64,000 nt of DNA from Candidatus Kapaibacterium sp. Lineage in GTDB: Bacteria > Bacteroidota > Ignavibacteria > Kapaibacteriales > UBA2268. The notes beneath the pieces were generated by a model. The model was given only the letters and a program-made list of their open reading frames with translations, was not told where the DNA came from and did no database searches. Below are positions 7,758 through 18,498 of this stretch, piece by piece. Both the position numbers and the translations under genes were made by a program. Position 1 is the stretch's first letter. Each line of letters begins with the position of its first letter. The DNA lies in the NCBI GenBank assembly GCA_963665665.1, contig OY762428.1, forward strand, positions 1,664,001-1,728,000, written 5' to 3'.

Positions 7758-10646
7758 CTACCTAACAATTGTGAACCTTCCCCGGATTCCGTTAGCGGCT
7801 ATATAGTAAGCTCCGGGAGCCAGATGTGAAATATCCAGCCTAAGGGAGCCGGAGTTCAGCGATTCAATCGGAACCAGCAGGCTGACATCGCTGCCATAAA
7901 TATCAATTATTTTCATATCGCCGTAGAAAGCAGCCGGATTGCTTGTTTCAATATTCAGCGCGTTCACTGCGGGGTTGGGGAATACTTTTATTGTTGTTTC
8001 ATTGCTAAAATTATCATCGACATCGGTAATGCCGCTTATACTTATATCGTCAATATACCAGCCGTCATTATTTCTAAATACCGAACTCCGGAAGCGGAAA
8101 CGCACAAAAATACTGTCCGTCTGCTCGAATCTGCCAATTGATATTTCCTCGTGTTTCCAGTCGTCGGCGTTTAGCTCGCCGTCGTCCCATGGATCAAAAT
8201 CAGTTATTAAATATTTTCCAAGTTCGTTCCAGTTCTCACGGTCGGTTGAATATTCAACCATGGCATCGTCGCCCTTTTCAACTATTGCGGTATGCCAGAA
8301 GCTTAGTATTATTTCCTGATTTGGCGCTGCCTCGACCGGGAAGAGCATAAGAGTATCTGCCTTGCCGTCCTCGTAGTTGCCGTCGGGGGATTCCGTTATA
8401 CAATTTGGAGCTGATTTGTAGAAAGTGCTGGTTGTTGCCCATCTGCCGGAATTGAAATATTTATTGAGTGGCAGATTATCAAAGTTTTCGCTGAGTTCAT
8501 CATTTACAGGGCCTGTATATCCGAGGACAGGGAATGATTTATCGCTGGTCTGGGGATCGATACCGGAACCGAAATCATCGCTGACCGTTGCAGTAAACAT
8601 ATAAAAACCCGGAGCAGAAAACTGATATGCAAAATTTACAACTTTGCCGGTATCTGTGGGGCTTACTTCCTCGGAACCAAGCAGCTCGCCGTCGGAAAAT
8701 ACTGCAAAACGCTTCAGAGCTGCAAGGGGTGTTTCCATGTCTGCCCTTACCGCAGGCATTTTCACATAAATCGTCGTATTGTTATCAGCTTCGCCTTTCA
8801 CATATTCTATATCAGGAAAGCGCGGCTCTTTGGCTCCGCCTGCATAAGAAAAATCTTCCTTTGCCATACTTGAATCGGAAGTTCCGATAACTCTTATCTT
8901 ATAATCATATCTTTTAAAAGGCTCAAGCCCCGAGTCTGTGTAGCTGTCCGTTCCCGAAGGAAGCTGCATAAAATACTCCCCGTCGCGCCATAATGAATAA
9001 TGAAATTCTCCTATCGGAGCGCCAAATGAAGTTTCTGTCGGTTCTTCCCAACTAAGTTCAAGGGAAGTAGGATCGGCTGCAAAAACTGACGCTTCAAAAT
9101 TTTGTACCGGAAGCGGCGCTCTTGTATTAACTATTGCGGTATAAACATCACTGTCAAAAACATCACTTACAGCATTCCGCATATCAATCCACGAAGGATA
9201 TATAATTCCGTCGTAGAAAGCACACCCGCTGTAATCGCCGGCAAATGCATTGCCGGTAAAGGGATTCAGTCTCAGGTCGCCGGAAACATCGGCAGCGGGG
9301 CGGTCTATCCATGTATCACCGCCGTCGGAGCTGTAGCTTACCCAGCATTCCACCATGATATTATCCGGATCGCGGCGGCTGTCCAGATACATAATTGCAA
9401 GGTCACCGTTCAAAGGGTCAATAGCCAGCCAGGGCCAGAACTGATCATTTGTGTTATCTGAATGAACGGTTATCGGATCCGTCCATGTTTCACCCTGATC
9501 CATTGATTTTGAAAAGTATATATTTGGCACTCTGTCTGCAGCCCAGATAAGATAAATCGCTCCGTTATTGGGACCGCCGGTAACATCAGTTACCATTGCG
9601 GGATAGGCCTCGGCACGAACTTTTCCTTTCACTGAGTGACGCCATCCCTGTCCGGGAAGATTCCTGGTTTCACCGAAAATTTCATAGTGATGCACAATTT
9701 TTGCATCCGAAAATGTTTCGCCTCCATCCATTGATTTTGCAAAACCAACGCCGTGCTCTATACCGTGATTCCACACCACGTAAACCTCGCCATTAGGCCC
9801 GCAGGCTGCCAAAGGCCAGCTTTGGCCGTAAGTAGTATCTTCAGTTGTACCTGTAAGCCTGTCGGAAACACCAACAGGAACAGTCCATGTATCACCGCCA
9901 TCAACGGATTTCGACATTACAATCTGTGTGGCTGAATCGCGTGGGCTCATTCTTTTCCAGGGAATGTACAGATCGCTGTAATGAGGCGAAGAAGGGCTGT
10001 TATCAACAGTAATATAGTATTTATCTTCGAATGAAGAATCAAGTGTCATGGTTCCTCTGTGAAGGATGACGGGAATATGCTGTTCCCATGTTCTGCCCTC
10101 GTCGAAGCTGCGGGCAAAGAAAACACCATTCTCGCCCATCAGCACTCCGCCGCTGCTCATTGTTCCGAAACCGCCATGAACAAGATAGCCCACGCCCTCG
10201 TTGCTAAAAGCCACTGAGGGGTCGTTGGAAGACCTCCATGTTCCGAATACATGCCCGAGGTTAATGTTTTCCCAGGTTTTACCGCCGTCGTGGGAAACAT
10301 ACACCCATGTGGCCGAGTTATCTCTGTAGTCCACTGCCGATGCAATCAGGTTCAGCGGATTTGTAGGGTTCACGGCAATGGAGGATTCATTCTGTACCCT
10401 GTTTCCGAGGGCATCGGCATCAACAGTTGTGCTTGAATTCAGGAAAAGCGCCGATTTTGATGTTTCGGCAAGAGGCAGCATAGAAGGCACTTTCGGGGCT
10501 TTCATCGGCGTAGGGTGCGCCGATTCCATGAAACGTCCGAAAGCGGATCCGGCTTCCTGTATTTCATCTTTGGGCTTGTCCGGGTTTGCCGGTGCAAGGC
10601 TCGAAATACAAAATAATGTTATCAATATGGTTAAAACTTTTTTCAT
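7758..10646 (-). CDS. Secreted BNR/Asp-box (sialidase-fold) protein with FN3 domain and T9SS CTD
   Basis: Multiple SxDGGxTW Asp-boxes, an FN3-like segment (LSWEEP...YTDSGLEP..YDYKI) and C-terminal VFPNPA...GAYYI. Confidence 0.85.
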   Translation of the reverse strand: MKKVLTILITLFCISSLAPANPDKPKDEIQEAGSAFGRFMESAHPTPMKAPKVPSMLPLAETSKSALFLNSSTTVDADALGNRVQNESSIAVNPTNPLNLIASAVDYRDNSATWVYVSHDGGKTWENINLGHVFGTWRSSNDPSVAFSNEGVGYLVHGGFGTMSSGGVLMGENGVFFARSFDEGRTWEQHIPVILHRGTMTLDSSFEDKYYITVDNSPSSPHYSDLYIPWKRMSPRDSATQIVMSKSVDGGDTWTVPVGVSDRLTGTTEDTTYGQSWPLAACGPNGEVYVVWNHGIEHGVGFAKSMDGGETFSDAKIVHHYEIFGETRNLPGQGWRHSVKGKVRAEAYPAMVTDVTGGPNNGAIYLIWAADRVPNIYFSKSMDQGETWTDPITVHSDNTNDQFWPWLAIDPLNGDLAIMYLDSRRDPDNIMVECWVSYSSDGGDTWIDRPAADVSGDLRLNPFTGNAFAGDYSGCAFYDGIIYPSWIDMRNAVSDVFDSDVYTAIVNTRAPLPVQNFEASVFAADPTSLELSWEEPTETSFGAPIGEFHYSLWRDGEYFMQLPSGTDSYTDSGLEPFKRYDYKIRVIGTSDSSMAKEDFSYAGGAKEPRFPDIEYVKGEADNNTTIYVKMPAVRADMETPLAALKRFAVFSDGELLGSEEVSPTDTGKVVNFAYQFSAPGFYMFTATVSDDFGSGIDPQTSDKSFPVLGYTGPVNDELSENFDNLPLNKYFNSGRWATTSTFYKSAPNCITESPDGNYEDGKADTLMLFPVEAAPNQEIILSFWHTAIVEKGDDAMVEYSTDRENWNELGKYLITDFDPWDDGELNADDWKHEEISIGRFEQTDSIFVRFRFRSSVFRNNDGWYIDDISISGITDVDDNFSNETTIKVFPNPAVNALNIETSNPAAFYGDMKIIDIYGSDVSLLVPIESLNSGSLRLDISHLAPGAYYIAANGIRGRFTIVR

Positions 10647-10866
10647 TACAGACACTCCGGTTCAATTATTAAAAATCATTATAATATATTGAATTTTGCA
10701 ATGAAAGTAAAGCGGGAAATAAGAAATAGTTGGCTGCCACGCCGGAATAGTAAAAAGTTGCGCCGTTTTTTGTAATACACTTGATTGATTTAGAATAAAG
10801 GAGTATATTGAGATAGGAATTAAAACAAAGCTAAATGGAATAATTCGTTTAAATAGTTGAGAGAAA

Positions 10867-11910
10867 ATGAAACTATTTACAATTGATAATAACGGTAAAT
10901 TCGTCCAATTCAGGGAGCAGGATTTCAAAGAACAGAACAAAGAGATTGATTTGGAGGTTCTTCTTGAAAACAACCCGGAATATTTTTTTGATAATTCAAA
11001 AATCCTGATCATCGGAAGACAGGTAACAACAAATTTGAATACATTCATTGATTTGCTTGGAATTGACCAATTTGGAAATACGGTGGTAATTGAATTAAAA
11101 AGAGGAAAGACTGCACGGGATACTGTAGCACAACTTATTGAATACGCATCCTATATCGACAATCTGGATTACGAACAACTGAACGAAATCTATCAAAATT
11201 ATTCAGGAGAAGACGCTACTCTTGAAGATTATTACCAGGAATATTTCAAATCGGATATTGAAGAAAAACTTTCCTGGAATAAAAGCTCCAAACTTGTTAT
11301 TGTCGCTTCGGATATAACAAAGGATATTAAGCAAACAGCGTTGTATTTACGAAAAAAAGGCTTAAATATATTTTGCGTTGAATTTAAATATTTCGTTAAT
11401 ACAGCAAACAAAAAGATGATTTCCAGCGATTTTATTGTTGGGGATGAAGAATTTATAAGAACAAAAGCAAGCTCTTCCTCGCCATTGCCAAAAACTGATA
11501 AAAGTAAATTCATGTCGGAATTAGATATTATTGGGAAAGAAGTATTTAATGCTTTATTCGATTTTGCAGATAAAGAAGGATTATCAATCCGCTGGGGTTC
11601 AAAAGGATTTTCTTTGAACAAGCTATTTGAAAATGAATTTGTCGGATTATGTTTCGGTTATCCTCCCGGCGCGGTTTTCAAACAAAGCATTTACACCGGA
11701 TTTGAAGAAATCCGAAAAAAAGTTAACAATGCCGATTCAATAATTGATTTCTATAAAAAGGAACTGAAAAAAACAGATAGATTTCAACCGGCAAAATCCA
11801 ATTTGAAATGGGTTTTAAATAAATCAATCAGTAATAGCGATATTGATAAATATTTGGAAATTTTGAAACAGGTAATTATAAAGATTGATAAGGCAGGATT
11901 GAAAAATTAA
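10867..11910 (+). CDS. NucS/DUF91-like PD-(D/E)xK endonuclease domain protein
   Basis: EIDLE..LENNP, IDLLGID..GNTVVIELKR and AQLIEYAS motifs. Confidence 0.75.
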   Translation: MKLFTIDNNGKFVQFREQDFKEQNKEIDLEVLLENNPEYFFDNSKILIIGRQVTTNLNTFIDLLGIDQFGNTVVIELKRGKTARDTVAQLIEYASYIDNLDYEQLNEIYQNYSGEDATLEDYYQEYFKSDIEEKLSWNKSSKLVIVASDITKDIKQTALYLRKKGLNIFCVEFKYFVNTANKKMISSDFIVGDEEFIRTKASSSSPLPKTDKSKFMSELDIIGKEVFNALFDFADKEGLSIRWGSKGFSLNKLFENEFVGLCFGYPPGAVFKQSIYTGFEEIRKKVNNADSIIDFYKKELKKTDRFQPAKSNLKWVLNKSISNSDIDKYLEILKQVIIKIDKAGLKN

Positions 11911-12145
11911 TTGGGAACAGGTTACTGATTTTGTAAAATTCTACCAATGGGTTGAAAAGATGTTTTAAGAATTTATTTTGCTAAAGTGGTTATGAATTAT
12001 CATAAATATCAATGTTTTACGTTTTAAAAACAGAGTTAAAGACAAATTGATTGACTAATGTTGGCAAAAATATTATTTAGGAATACTCAGTAATCTTTAT
12101 TCGTTTCATTTTTAATTGTGTATTTTTTGCAATGAGATTGTATTA

Positions 12146-12331
12146 ATGAAATGTTCGGAACTATACAGGCTTCTGATAAAAGACGGATGGTATCCGATAT
12201 CACAAAAAGGTTCGCATATAAAGATGAAACATGATTTCAAACAGAAATTGATTATTTTCCCCAACCACGGCAGCCATGAAGTTGGCAAGGGACTTGAGAA
12301 AAAAATTCTGAAAGACGCTGAATTAAATTGA
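12146..12331 (+). CDS. hicA: HicA family toxin
   Basis: 61 aa; DGW..SQKGSHIKMKH, P.HGSHEVGKGL..KILKDA. Confidence 0.9.
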   Translation: MKCSELYRLLIKDGWYPISQKGSHIKMKHDFKQKLIIFPNHGSHEVGKGLEKKILKDAELN

Positions 12332-12345
12332 CGACTGATTAAAGG

Positions 12346-12750
12346 ATGATTATGAATTTTTTAAAAAATAAAATATTAATGATCGTTGAAAAAACTGATA
12401 CCGGCTTTTCGGCTTATAGTAAAAATCACCCGATATTTACTACCGGGCTTACAATTACCGAATTGATTGATAATGCATTAGAGGCTGCAAATCTATATTT
12501 CGAAGAAGAAGATTTTGAAATTCAGGAAGAAAATCTCAAATTTGAAGTTGATTTTAAAGAATTCTTTCAATATTATAAAGCTCTGAATCCCGAGTATTTA
12601 GCTGAGAAAATAGGTATGAATCATGTATTATTGTCCCAATATTTAGAAGGACAGAAGAAACCTTCAGATGAACAGACAGAAAAAATTTTATATGGTATTC
12701 ACGAGATTGGCAGGGAATTATCAGAAATCAACCTGATCTACAAACGTTGA
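12346..12750 (+). CDS. hicB: HicB-like antitoxin with C-terminal HTH
   Basis: Directly downstream of hicA. N-terminal EKTDTGFSAY..TTG.TITEL..NALEA and C-terminal LAEKIGMNHVLLSQY..G.KKPS. Confidence 0.8.
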   Translation: MIMNFLKNKILMIVEKTDTGFSAYSKNHPIFTTGLTITELIDNALEAANLYFEEEDFEIQEENLKFEVDFKEFFQYYKALNPEYLAEKIGMNHVLLSQYLEGQKKPSDEQTEKILYGIHEIGRELSEINLIYKR

Positions 12751-12837
12751 TGAAGTTTTTACTTCCAATGATTTATTTTATACCACACACATTCTATTAG
12801 GTAAAATATGTTTTTATCAACAAACCTTTAAAAAATA

Positions 12838-13725
12838 TCACAGCAATTCGGATAGATATTTCAGCGCTATGAATATTATTGAAGCAGTAAGAATTATTTT
12901 TATAAGGTTTGCCGGCAGATATTTTTGAACCCTTGCTCCGGTATAAATTCCAGCAAAGCCTCCGATACCAAGAAGAAAGCCGTTGAGCCAGTCCGGGGTT
13001 ATAGCAATTCCGGGATAATAATTTGATAGTATCATAAAAAATATAACGCCTGATAGTGAAGTCAGGAAAGTACTGAACAAACATGCTCCGGCAATTGTAT
13101 ATACAGGCAGGCGGTAAAAACTGATCAGAATCGGCGCAATAATTGCCCCTCCGCCAATGCCGTAAGCTCCCCCGACAATTCCAATAAATAAGCTTATAAA
13201 AGCCAGGCTTAAATGCGGGATACGATATTCAATACCGGAATAGGAAAAAGACGTATGTGAAAATGATATACTGTTGACGGAAACCCTGGCATTTATTTCA
13301 GCCTTTTCTTTAGGCTCTGATTTATTACTCCTGCCTGCCAGTAAAGTCTTTAGCATCCTTATGCCGATGTATATTAACACTAATCCGGCGAAAATTTTAA
13401 AATTTCCGGGGTCAGGTAGTAGTTCAATCCTGATAACAGCACCAATGAAAACTCCCGGAAAGGTACCCACCGACAATGATAATGCCAGGGGCCAAAGCAT
13501 TCTTCCTTCACGGATGAACCTGTAAACACCTCCGGGAATAGCCAGAATATTGAAAAGGTGGTTTGTAGCACTTACACCGGGGCCGGTAAGCCCTAAAACT
13601 GACATTTGGAATGGAAGTAATAAAAAAGCCCCCGAAACACCCCCGACAGATGTGAATAGGGAAATAATAAATGCTGACAAAGGCAAAATCAAAACAAAGA
13701 TATCTGTGTCGGCAAAGATTCCCAT
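12838..13725 (-). CDS. Sulfite exporter TauE/SafE family membrane protein
   Basis: GGVSGAFLLLPFQ and GGAYGIGGGAIIAP duplicated halves. Confidence 0.85.
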   Translation of the reverse strand: MGIFADTDIFVLILPLSAFIISLFTSVGGVSGAFLLLPFQMSVLGLTGPGVSATNHLFNILAIPGGVYRFIREGRMLWPLALSLSVGTFPGVFIGAVIRIELLPDPGNFKIFAGLVLIYIGIRMLKTLLAGRSNKSEPKEKAEINARVSVNSISFSHTSFSYSGIEYRIPHLSLAFISLFIGIVGGAYGIGGGAIIAPILISFYRLPVYTIAGACLFSTFLTSLSGVIFFMILSNYYPGIAITPDWLNGFLLGIGGFAGIYTGARVQKYLPANLIKIILTASIIFIALKYLSELL

Positions 13726-13740
13726 AATATCTTCTGATAA

Positions 13741-14088
13741 TTATTTTTCTCTGATTATTTCCGGTGGTGTTTGCGGCCTTTCCATACCAAGTTTTTTTCT
13801 GGCTATACCCGTAATTCTTTCAGCGCTTTCCAGATCTGCTATTTTAGTGCCCAGAAGTTCATTACTGATATTAAGCGATTTCTTTTGTTTTTCCATTTGC
13901 CTGATTTCATAAAGCAAACCGTTTACCTTGTTAACGTTGAATATATAAAAAATCGTTAACGATGCTGCAATGGTAATAATTGCAAAAACCGACCACCTGC
14001 TCATTTTGAATAAAGCGGAGGAGGATTTTTTATCCTTTTCGGTAAAATCATTTTGCTCTGTATTTTCGAAATCTTCTATCATATTCAT
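13741..14088 (-). CDS. FtsL-like cell division / septum-formation initiator protein
   Basis: Single TM helix, coiled coil and C-terminal ADLESAERITGIARKKLGM. Confidence 0.65.
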   Translation of the reverse strand: MNMIEDFENTEQNDFTEKDKKSSSALFKMSRWSVFAIITIAASLTIFYIFNVNKVNGLLYEIRQMEKQKKSLNISNELLGTKIADLESAERITGIARKKLGMERPQTPPEIIREK

Positions 14089-14089
14089 A

Positions 14090-15358
14090 TTACCCGATAT
14101 CTGCTACCATTGCCAGTTCTCTTGCCAGTTCTCCTGTCAGCAGGCTGCGGTCGTACTTTGAAGTAAAATCAACGCTTATTTCCGGCAGGTTTCCGGTTTT
14201 CCACATATTATAATATTTAGCAATAGCGCTCTCGATGGCTTTAACGTCTTTCGGATCAGTACATATTGCACAGCCGGATTCCTCGGCAATAGTTCTCATA
14301 ATACCGGGAGGAGATGAAACAAGCAAGGGTTTGCGTGCGCCAAAATATTCGTATAATTTGCCCGGAGTTCGAATTGTATCGTTCAGCATCATCCAGAGTA
14401 CATCAGAATTAATAATATGACCGACGGCTTCTTTATGCGGAACATATCCAACTAAATCAACATTGGATTCCAATCCCATTTTCTTAACCATTTTTGTATG
14501 GCTGCTTCTCATCAGTCCAACAAATTTTGCGTTTATATCTTTGCCTGCTGATGGATTTTTTTCTATAAAATTCTTCAGCGCTTTCAGAAAATACTTTGGT
14601 GTTCTGTTATCCTGGAATACACCGGAATGAGTAATTGTGAATTTTTCGCTTTTTTGAATTTCCGGGCTGAAATAGAAATCATCAGGATCAAAACCATGAG
14701 GTATTATCAGTACATCATTGTGATTCAGAAATCTGTATCTTTTCAGCAGCAATTCCTTTGAATACCTCGTTGTAACAATTGCTTTTTCCGCATGAGTCAG
14801 GATATCCGTTTCAAGGTTTATACTCCTGTTTTTATGGAAAGGAGTAGGATAGAAATGAAAAGGGTTATCCACCCATGTATCACGGTAATCAACAATAAAT
14901 GGTTTGGAGAATTTTTTAGAGAGTTCATTTGCCACCAGGAAATCAGTAAAGGGTGGTGCAGTTGAAAATATAGCATTTACGGGGTATTCCCTCATTATTT
15001 TCTCGCCCATTTTTACTGCTGATTTTTTCCAGCCGATTTTACTGTCCGGCTGATATATTGTCTGCAGAATGCCACGCCCGATTTTCTGTGTAAAATAGGA
15101 CGGGAATTTTTTCTCTTTTTCTTTTTTCTTAGGGGCTTTATTATTTTTTGAAGCCCTGAAAACCTCTATCCCTTCTTTATCAATTTCAAAAGCCAGGGAT
15201 TCATCATAAGCATAATATGATTTTGGCTGTGCTGTAAGTACAATAACCTTCCATCCGTACTGAGGCAGGTATTTCACGAATTTCATTGTCCTCTGAACGC
15301 CGCTAAGCCCCATGGGCGGAAAGTAGTATGCAATTACCAATAAAGTATTCTGGAACAT
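14090..15358 (-). CDS. Glycosyltransferase family 4
   Basis: IAYYFPPMGLSGVQR, DYRDTW and PGKLYEY motifs. Confidence 0.9.
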   Translation of the reverse strand: MFQNTLLVIAYYFPPMGLSGVQRTMKFVKYLPQYGWKVIVLTAQPKSYYAYDESLAFEIDKEGIEVFRASKNNKAPKKKEKEKKFPSYFTQKIGRGILQTIYQPDSKIGWKKSAVKMGEKIMREYPVNAIFSTAPPFTDFLVANELSKKFSKPFIVDYRDTWVDNPFHFYPTPFHKNRSINLETDILTHAEKAIVTTRYSKELLLKRYRFLNHNDVLIIPHGFDPDDFYFSPEIQKSEKFTITHSGVFQDNRTPKYFLKALKNFIEKNPSAGKDINAKFVGLMRSSHTKMVKKMGLESNVDLVGYVPHKEAVGHIINSDVLWMMLNDTIRTPGKLYEYFGARKPLLVSSPPGIMRTIAEESGCAICTDPKDVKAIESAIAKYYNMWKTGNLPEISVDFTSKYDRSLLTGELARELAMVADIG

Positions 15359-15517
15359 TTTTCATCCCGAAAAATCATTCAAAACCGGCATTTATCCCCC
15401 TGCCGTGATGCAAAAATACTAATATTTACAGCAGTAAAAAAAAATTATAGGAACCGGCTGATCAATTATAATTATATCTGCCATTATTTCATGCATTTAA
15501 CAGCAGGTCATTCAATA

Positions 15518-15544
15518 AAAAAATCCGGCTGAATACCGGATTTT
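15518..15544 (-). terminator. Intrinsic terminator after the STAS gene
   Basis: AAAAAATCCGG-ctgaata-CCGGATTTT. Confidence 0.65.
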
Positions 15545-15566
15545 ATGGTTAAAGTTCATTTCCGGA

Positions 15567-15926
15567 TCAATATAGCTTATAACCTTCAAGCAGTGCTTCG
15601 GTTGCAAGGCGGTTACTTAATTCAGTTCTGACCATTTCCTTAAGGCCGGACATATTAAGAACCTCGGCAACCTGAGCCTGGACTCCGGTAAGTACAATAT
15701 CGCCTTTTTTATTACGAAGCAGATTGGCAGTAGCAAGTATCACCCTTATGCCAACTGAACTTATATACTTAACATTTTCAAGGTTAACAACTATAAAACA
15801 TTTTTCTTCAGCAATTTTTTTCAGGTCTTCATCGATCTGAGAATGTGTGCTGTTATCAACTCTTTCAAATTCTACATTATATTCAGCAATCTGTTCTTTG
15901 CTGTCAGCTTTAACTTTTAAGCCCAT
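15567..15926 (-). CDS. STAS domain anti-sigma-factor antagonist
   Basis: VVNLENVKYISSVGIRVIL motif; 119 aa. Confidence 0.85.
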   Translation of the reverse strand: MGLKVKADSKEQIAEYNVEFERVDNSTHSQIDEDLKKIAEEKCFIVVNLENVKYISSVGIRVILATANLLRNKKGDIVLTGVQAQVAEVLNMSGLKEMVRTELSNRLATEALLEGYKLY

Positions 15927-16017
15927 AATTTTCTCCGAAAGTTTTGTTTAAAGAGTAATTCAAAGAATTAGCAAATATATATTATTTATGGAATTTATCA
16001 AAGAATAAAAGAATGTA

Positions 16018-16677
16018 TTATTTATCAGACTTTAGTTCAGTATCATTTTTTTCATTTTCTTTTTCATTCTTGCTGTCATCAGCATCCGGTTTCCATAATT
16101 TCCCGGAGTTTACAACCGACATTGCCTGGCCTTCCCCAAGCCTGACAAGAGTTTCGATACTTTCAACAGCCCTTGAAACCATAATATCTTTATCAGATAT
16201 CTCATCGTCCCTGAAGCTTGAAAGCACATAATCAACCATTTCCCCCGATTCAAACCCTTTGCCTATTCCACATCTCAGGCGGAAAAATTCATTTGAATCG
16301 AGTTCTTCAATTATTGAAGCTATACCATTATGCCCGCCGTCACCGCCGCCACGACGCAAATGAACCTTCCCGACGGGAAAATTATATTCGTCACAAATTG
16401 CCACAACTCTTTCCGGAGCTATGCCAAAATCCTTGCAAACCTCTGAAACAGCTTCGCCAGACAGGTTCATGAATGTTGTAGGCATTATCATAAGAACAAG
16501 CTGCCCGTTAATTCTTTGTGCTGAATGCATATATTTAGGGCTGAACTGCATAACAGGTTTCTTGTATTTTTCAGCCAGTGCAGTACCTACCATCCAACCG
16601 ATATTATGGCGTGAATGTTTGTACTTATCACCCGGGTTGCCAAGCCCCGCAATCAGCCATTCTACTTTTGAAGCCAT
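16018..16677 (-). CDS. pth: Peptidyl-tRNA hydrolase
   Basis: GLGNPG..Y..SRHNIG, TFMNLSG, GGHNG and RLRCGIG motifs; conserved prs-rplY-pth order. Confidence 0.95.
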   Translation of the reverse strand: MASKVEWLIAGLGNPGDKYKHSRHNIGWMVGTALAEKYKKPVMQFSPKYMHSAQRINGQLVLMIMPTTFMNLSGEAVSEVCKDFGIAPERVVAICDEYNFPVGKVHLRRGGGDGGHNGIASIIEELDSNEFFRLRCGIGKGFESGEMVDYVLSSFRDDEISDKDIMVSRAVESIETLVRLGEGQAMSVVNSGKLWKPDADDSKNEKENEKNDTELKSDK

Positions 16678-16741
16678 ATTTTTTCCTTAAAAAAAAAGGG
16701 TATCTGCAACAGATACCCCCGATATAAAAATTTCATCAAAT

Positions 16742-17365
16742 CTATTCTTCTGTTGCTTCTTCTTTCTCTTCGCCCTCTTCGCCTTCTTCGCCTTCTTCAT
16801 CATCAGCATCAGAGCTGAGACGTGATTTAACAACAGAAACAACAACAGTATCGCCCGGAATGGCAAATTCAACATTTTCCATCTGAGCCTGCCCAATAGT
16901 CAGGGACTGGCCAACATTAAGTTCGGAAATGTCTAATTCAATAAATTCAGGCAAGTGCCTTGGGAAGCATGAAACCTGGATTTTACGAAGTGCCTGCTGA
17001 ACAATACCTCCAAGACGTTCACCAATTGCCTGGCCTTTAAGAACCACGGGTACCTCTGCTGTCATTTCCACACCGCGTTTAATTCCGAGGAGATCAAAAT
17101 GCAGAACAGAATCTGTTATCGGGTGAAGCGATACATCTTTAAGGAAGCATTCCCTTGGTTCGGCTTCGCCTTCAATTTCCAGATTTACAATACGCATTGC
17201 CGAAGTATAAACAACTGGTTTCAAATCCAGTGGCTCTGCGGAAATCGGGATATTTCCTTCTTCTTTGAAATAGAAAATACCAGGTACTAAACCTTCTCTT
17301 CTTGTCTGGCTGGCCGCACTCTTGCCTGTCTCTCTTTTCTTTACTTTTAAGTTTATTACACTCAT
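16742..17365 (-). CDS. rplY: 50S ribosomal protein L25/Ctc
   Basis: R..GK.A....RREGLVPG, HP....VLHFD and acidic tail. Confidence 0.95.
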   Translation of the reverse strand: MSVINLKVKKRETGKSAASQTRREGLVPGIFYFKEEGNIPISAEPLDLKPVVYTSAMRIVNLEIEGEAEPRECFLKDVSLHPITDSVLHFDLLGIKRGVEMTAEVPVVLKGQAIGERLGGIVQQALRKIQVSCFPRHLPEFIELDISELNVGQSLTIGQAQMENVEFAIPGDTVVVSVVKSRLSSDADDEEGEEGEEGEEKEEATEE

Positions 17366-17424
17366 TACTATATATCCTTAAAAAAGATTTATATTTTATT
17401 TCTTATTGTTTCTATATAATATAA

Positions 17425-18363
17425 TTATCTTTCAATTTCAAATAACGAACTGATCGACCTGTTATCATGTGTCCTGATAATAGCTTCAGCCAGAAGTTCA
17501 CTAACTGATACAACCTCAATTTTATCATAATCTCTTTTCATTGGTATTGTATCTGTTACAAATATCTTATCAACAGCACTTGTAGCTTCAATTTTGTCCA
17601 ATGCCTGGCCGGAGAACACGGGGTGAACACAAACGCCGGTTATTTGCAAAGCGCCGCGTTCCTTCAATGTTTCGGCAGTACGTACAAAAGTAGTACCGGT
17701 ATCGATCATATCATCAACAATAATTACATTTTTCTCATTGACATCACCAATCACATGTACTATCTCGGCAACATTGTGTGCAGGCCTTCTCTTGTCAACA
17801 AGAACCAGGTCGGCATCCATTCTTTTTGCATAAGCACGAGCTGTTTTGATACCACCGACATCGGGAGAAGCAACTACCAGAGAATCCATTTTCTGGCGAC
17901 GAAGCCTGCGAATCAAAACGGGAGAAGCATAAAGGTGATCCATCGGGATATCGAAAAATCCCTGTATCTGTGATGAATGAAGGTCGATAGTAATAATTCT
18001 GTCAGCCCCGGCACTTGTAAGCAAATTTGCCATAAGTTTTGCTGTTACCGGCACTCTCGGCTGATCTTTTCTGTCCTGTCGGGCATATCCAAAATAAGGA
18101 ATAACTGCGGTAACCCGCTTAACTGATGCCCTTTTTGCCGCGTCAAGCATAAGCAGCATTTCGAGCCAGTTCTCAGCAGGTGCAGTAGCAGACTGAATTA
18201 CGAAAAGGTCAACACCGCGAACATTGTCTTCGTATTTTACCCATAATTCCCCGTCAGAGAAATTACGAATAGTGGTTTCAGACAACTCAACTCCGAGATG
18301 TGCAGCAACTTTCTGTGCTAATTTAACGTTTGAACGTCCGGTTACAACTTTCAGGTCTAACAT
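17425..18363 (-). CDS. prs: Ribose-phosphate pyrophosphokinase
   Basis: FSDGE, PYFGYARQDRK, DLHSSQIQGFF and DDMIDTG motifs. Confidence 0.97.
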   Translation of the reverse strand: MLDLKVVTGRSNVKLAQKVAAHLGVELSETTIRNFSDGELWVKYEDNVRGVDLFVIQSATAPAENWLEMLLMLDAAKRASVKRVTAVIPYFGYARQDRKDQPRVPVTAKLMANLLTSAGADRIITIDLHSSQIQGFFDIPMDHLYASPVLIRRLRRQKMDSLVVASPDVGGIKTARAYAKRMDADLVLVDKRRPAHNVAEIVHVIGDVNEKNVIIVDDMIDTGTTFVRTAETLKERGALQITGVCVHPVFSGQALDKIEATSAVDKIFVTDTIPMKRDYDKIEVVSVSELLAEAIIRTHDNRSISSLFEIER

Positions 18364-18393
18364 ATTAAAATCACCTTTGTAAAAAAATTACAG

Positions 18394-18467
18394 CTGGGGC
18401 GGCAGGATTCGAACCTGCGTATGTCGGCTCCAAAGGCCGATGCCTTAGTCCACTTGGCGACGCCCCA
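18394..18467 (-). tRNA. tRNA-Gln (anticodon TTG), CCA not encoded
   Basis: TGGGGCG acceptor stem, anticodon arm TCGGC-CTTTGGA-GCCGA and T-loop GGTTCGAATCC; upstream of prs as is common. Confidence 0.95.
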
Positions 18468-18488
18468 GTGGTACTACTCTTTAGAGCT

Positions 18489-18498
18489 TACAAATATA
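18489..18498 (-). promoter_or_regulatory. Bacteroidota-type -7 promoter motif (TAnnTTTG) for the tRNA-Gln-prs operon
   Basis: Minus strand TATATTTGTA about 20-30 nt upstream of the tRNA. Confidence 0.45.

Noticed and set aside
10725-12070. Integron attC-like sites flanking the NucS-like gene
   Set aside because: There is only a vague resemblance (GCTGCCAC...AAAAGTTGCG at ~10735 and GTTGGCA at ~12060). I could not form paired R/L boxes and there is no integrase.
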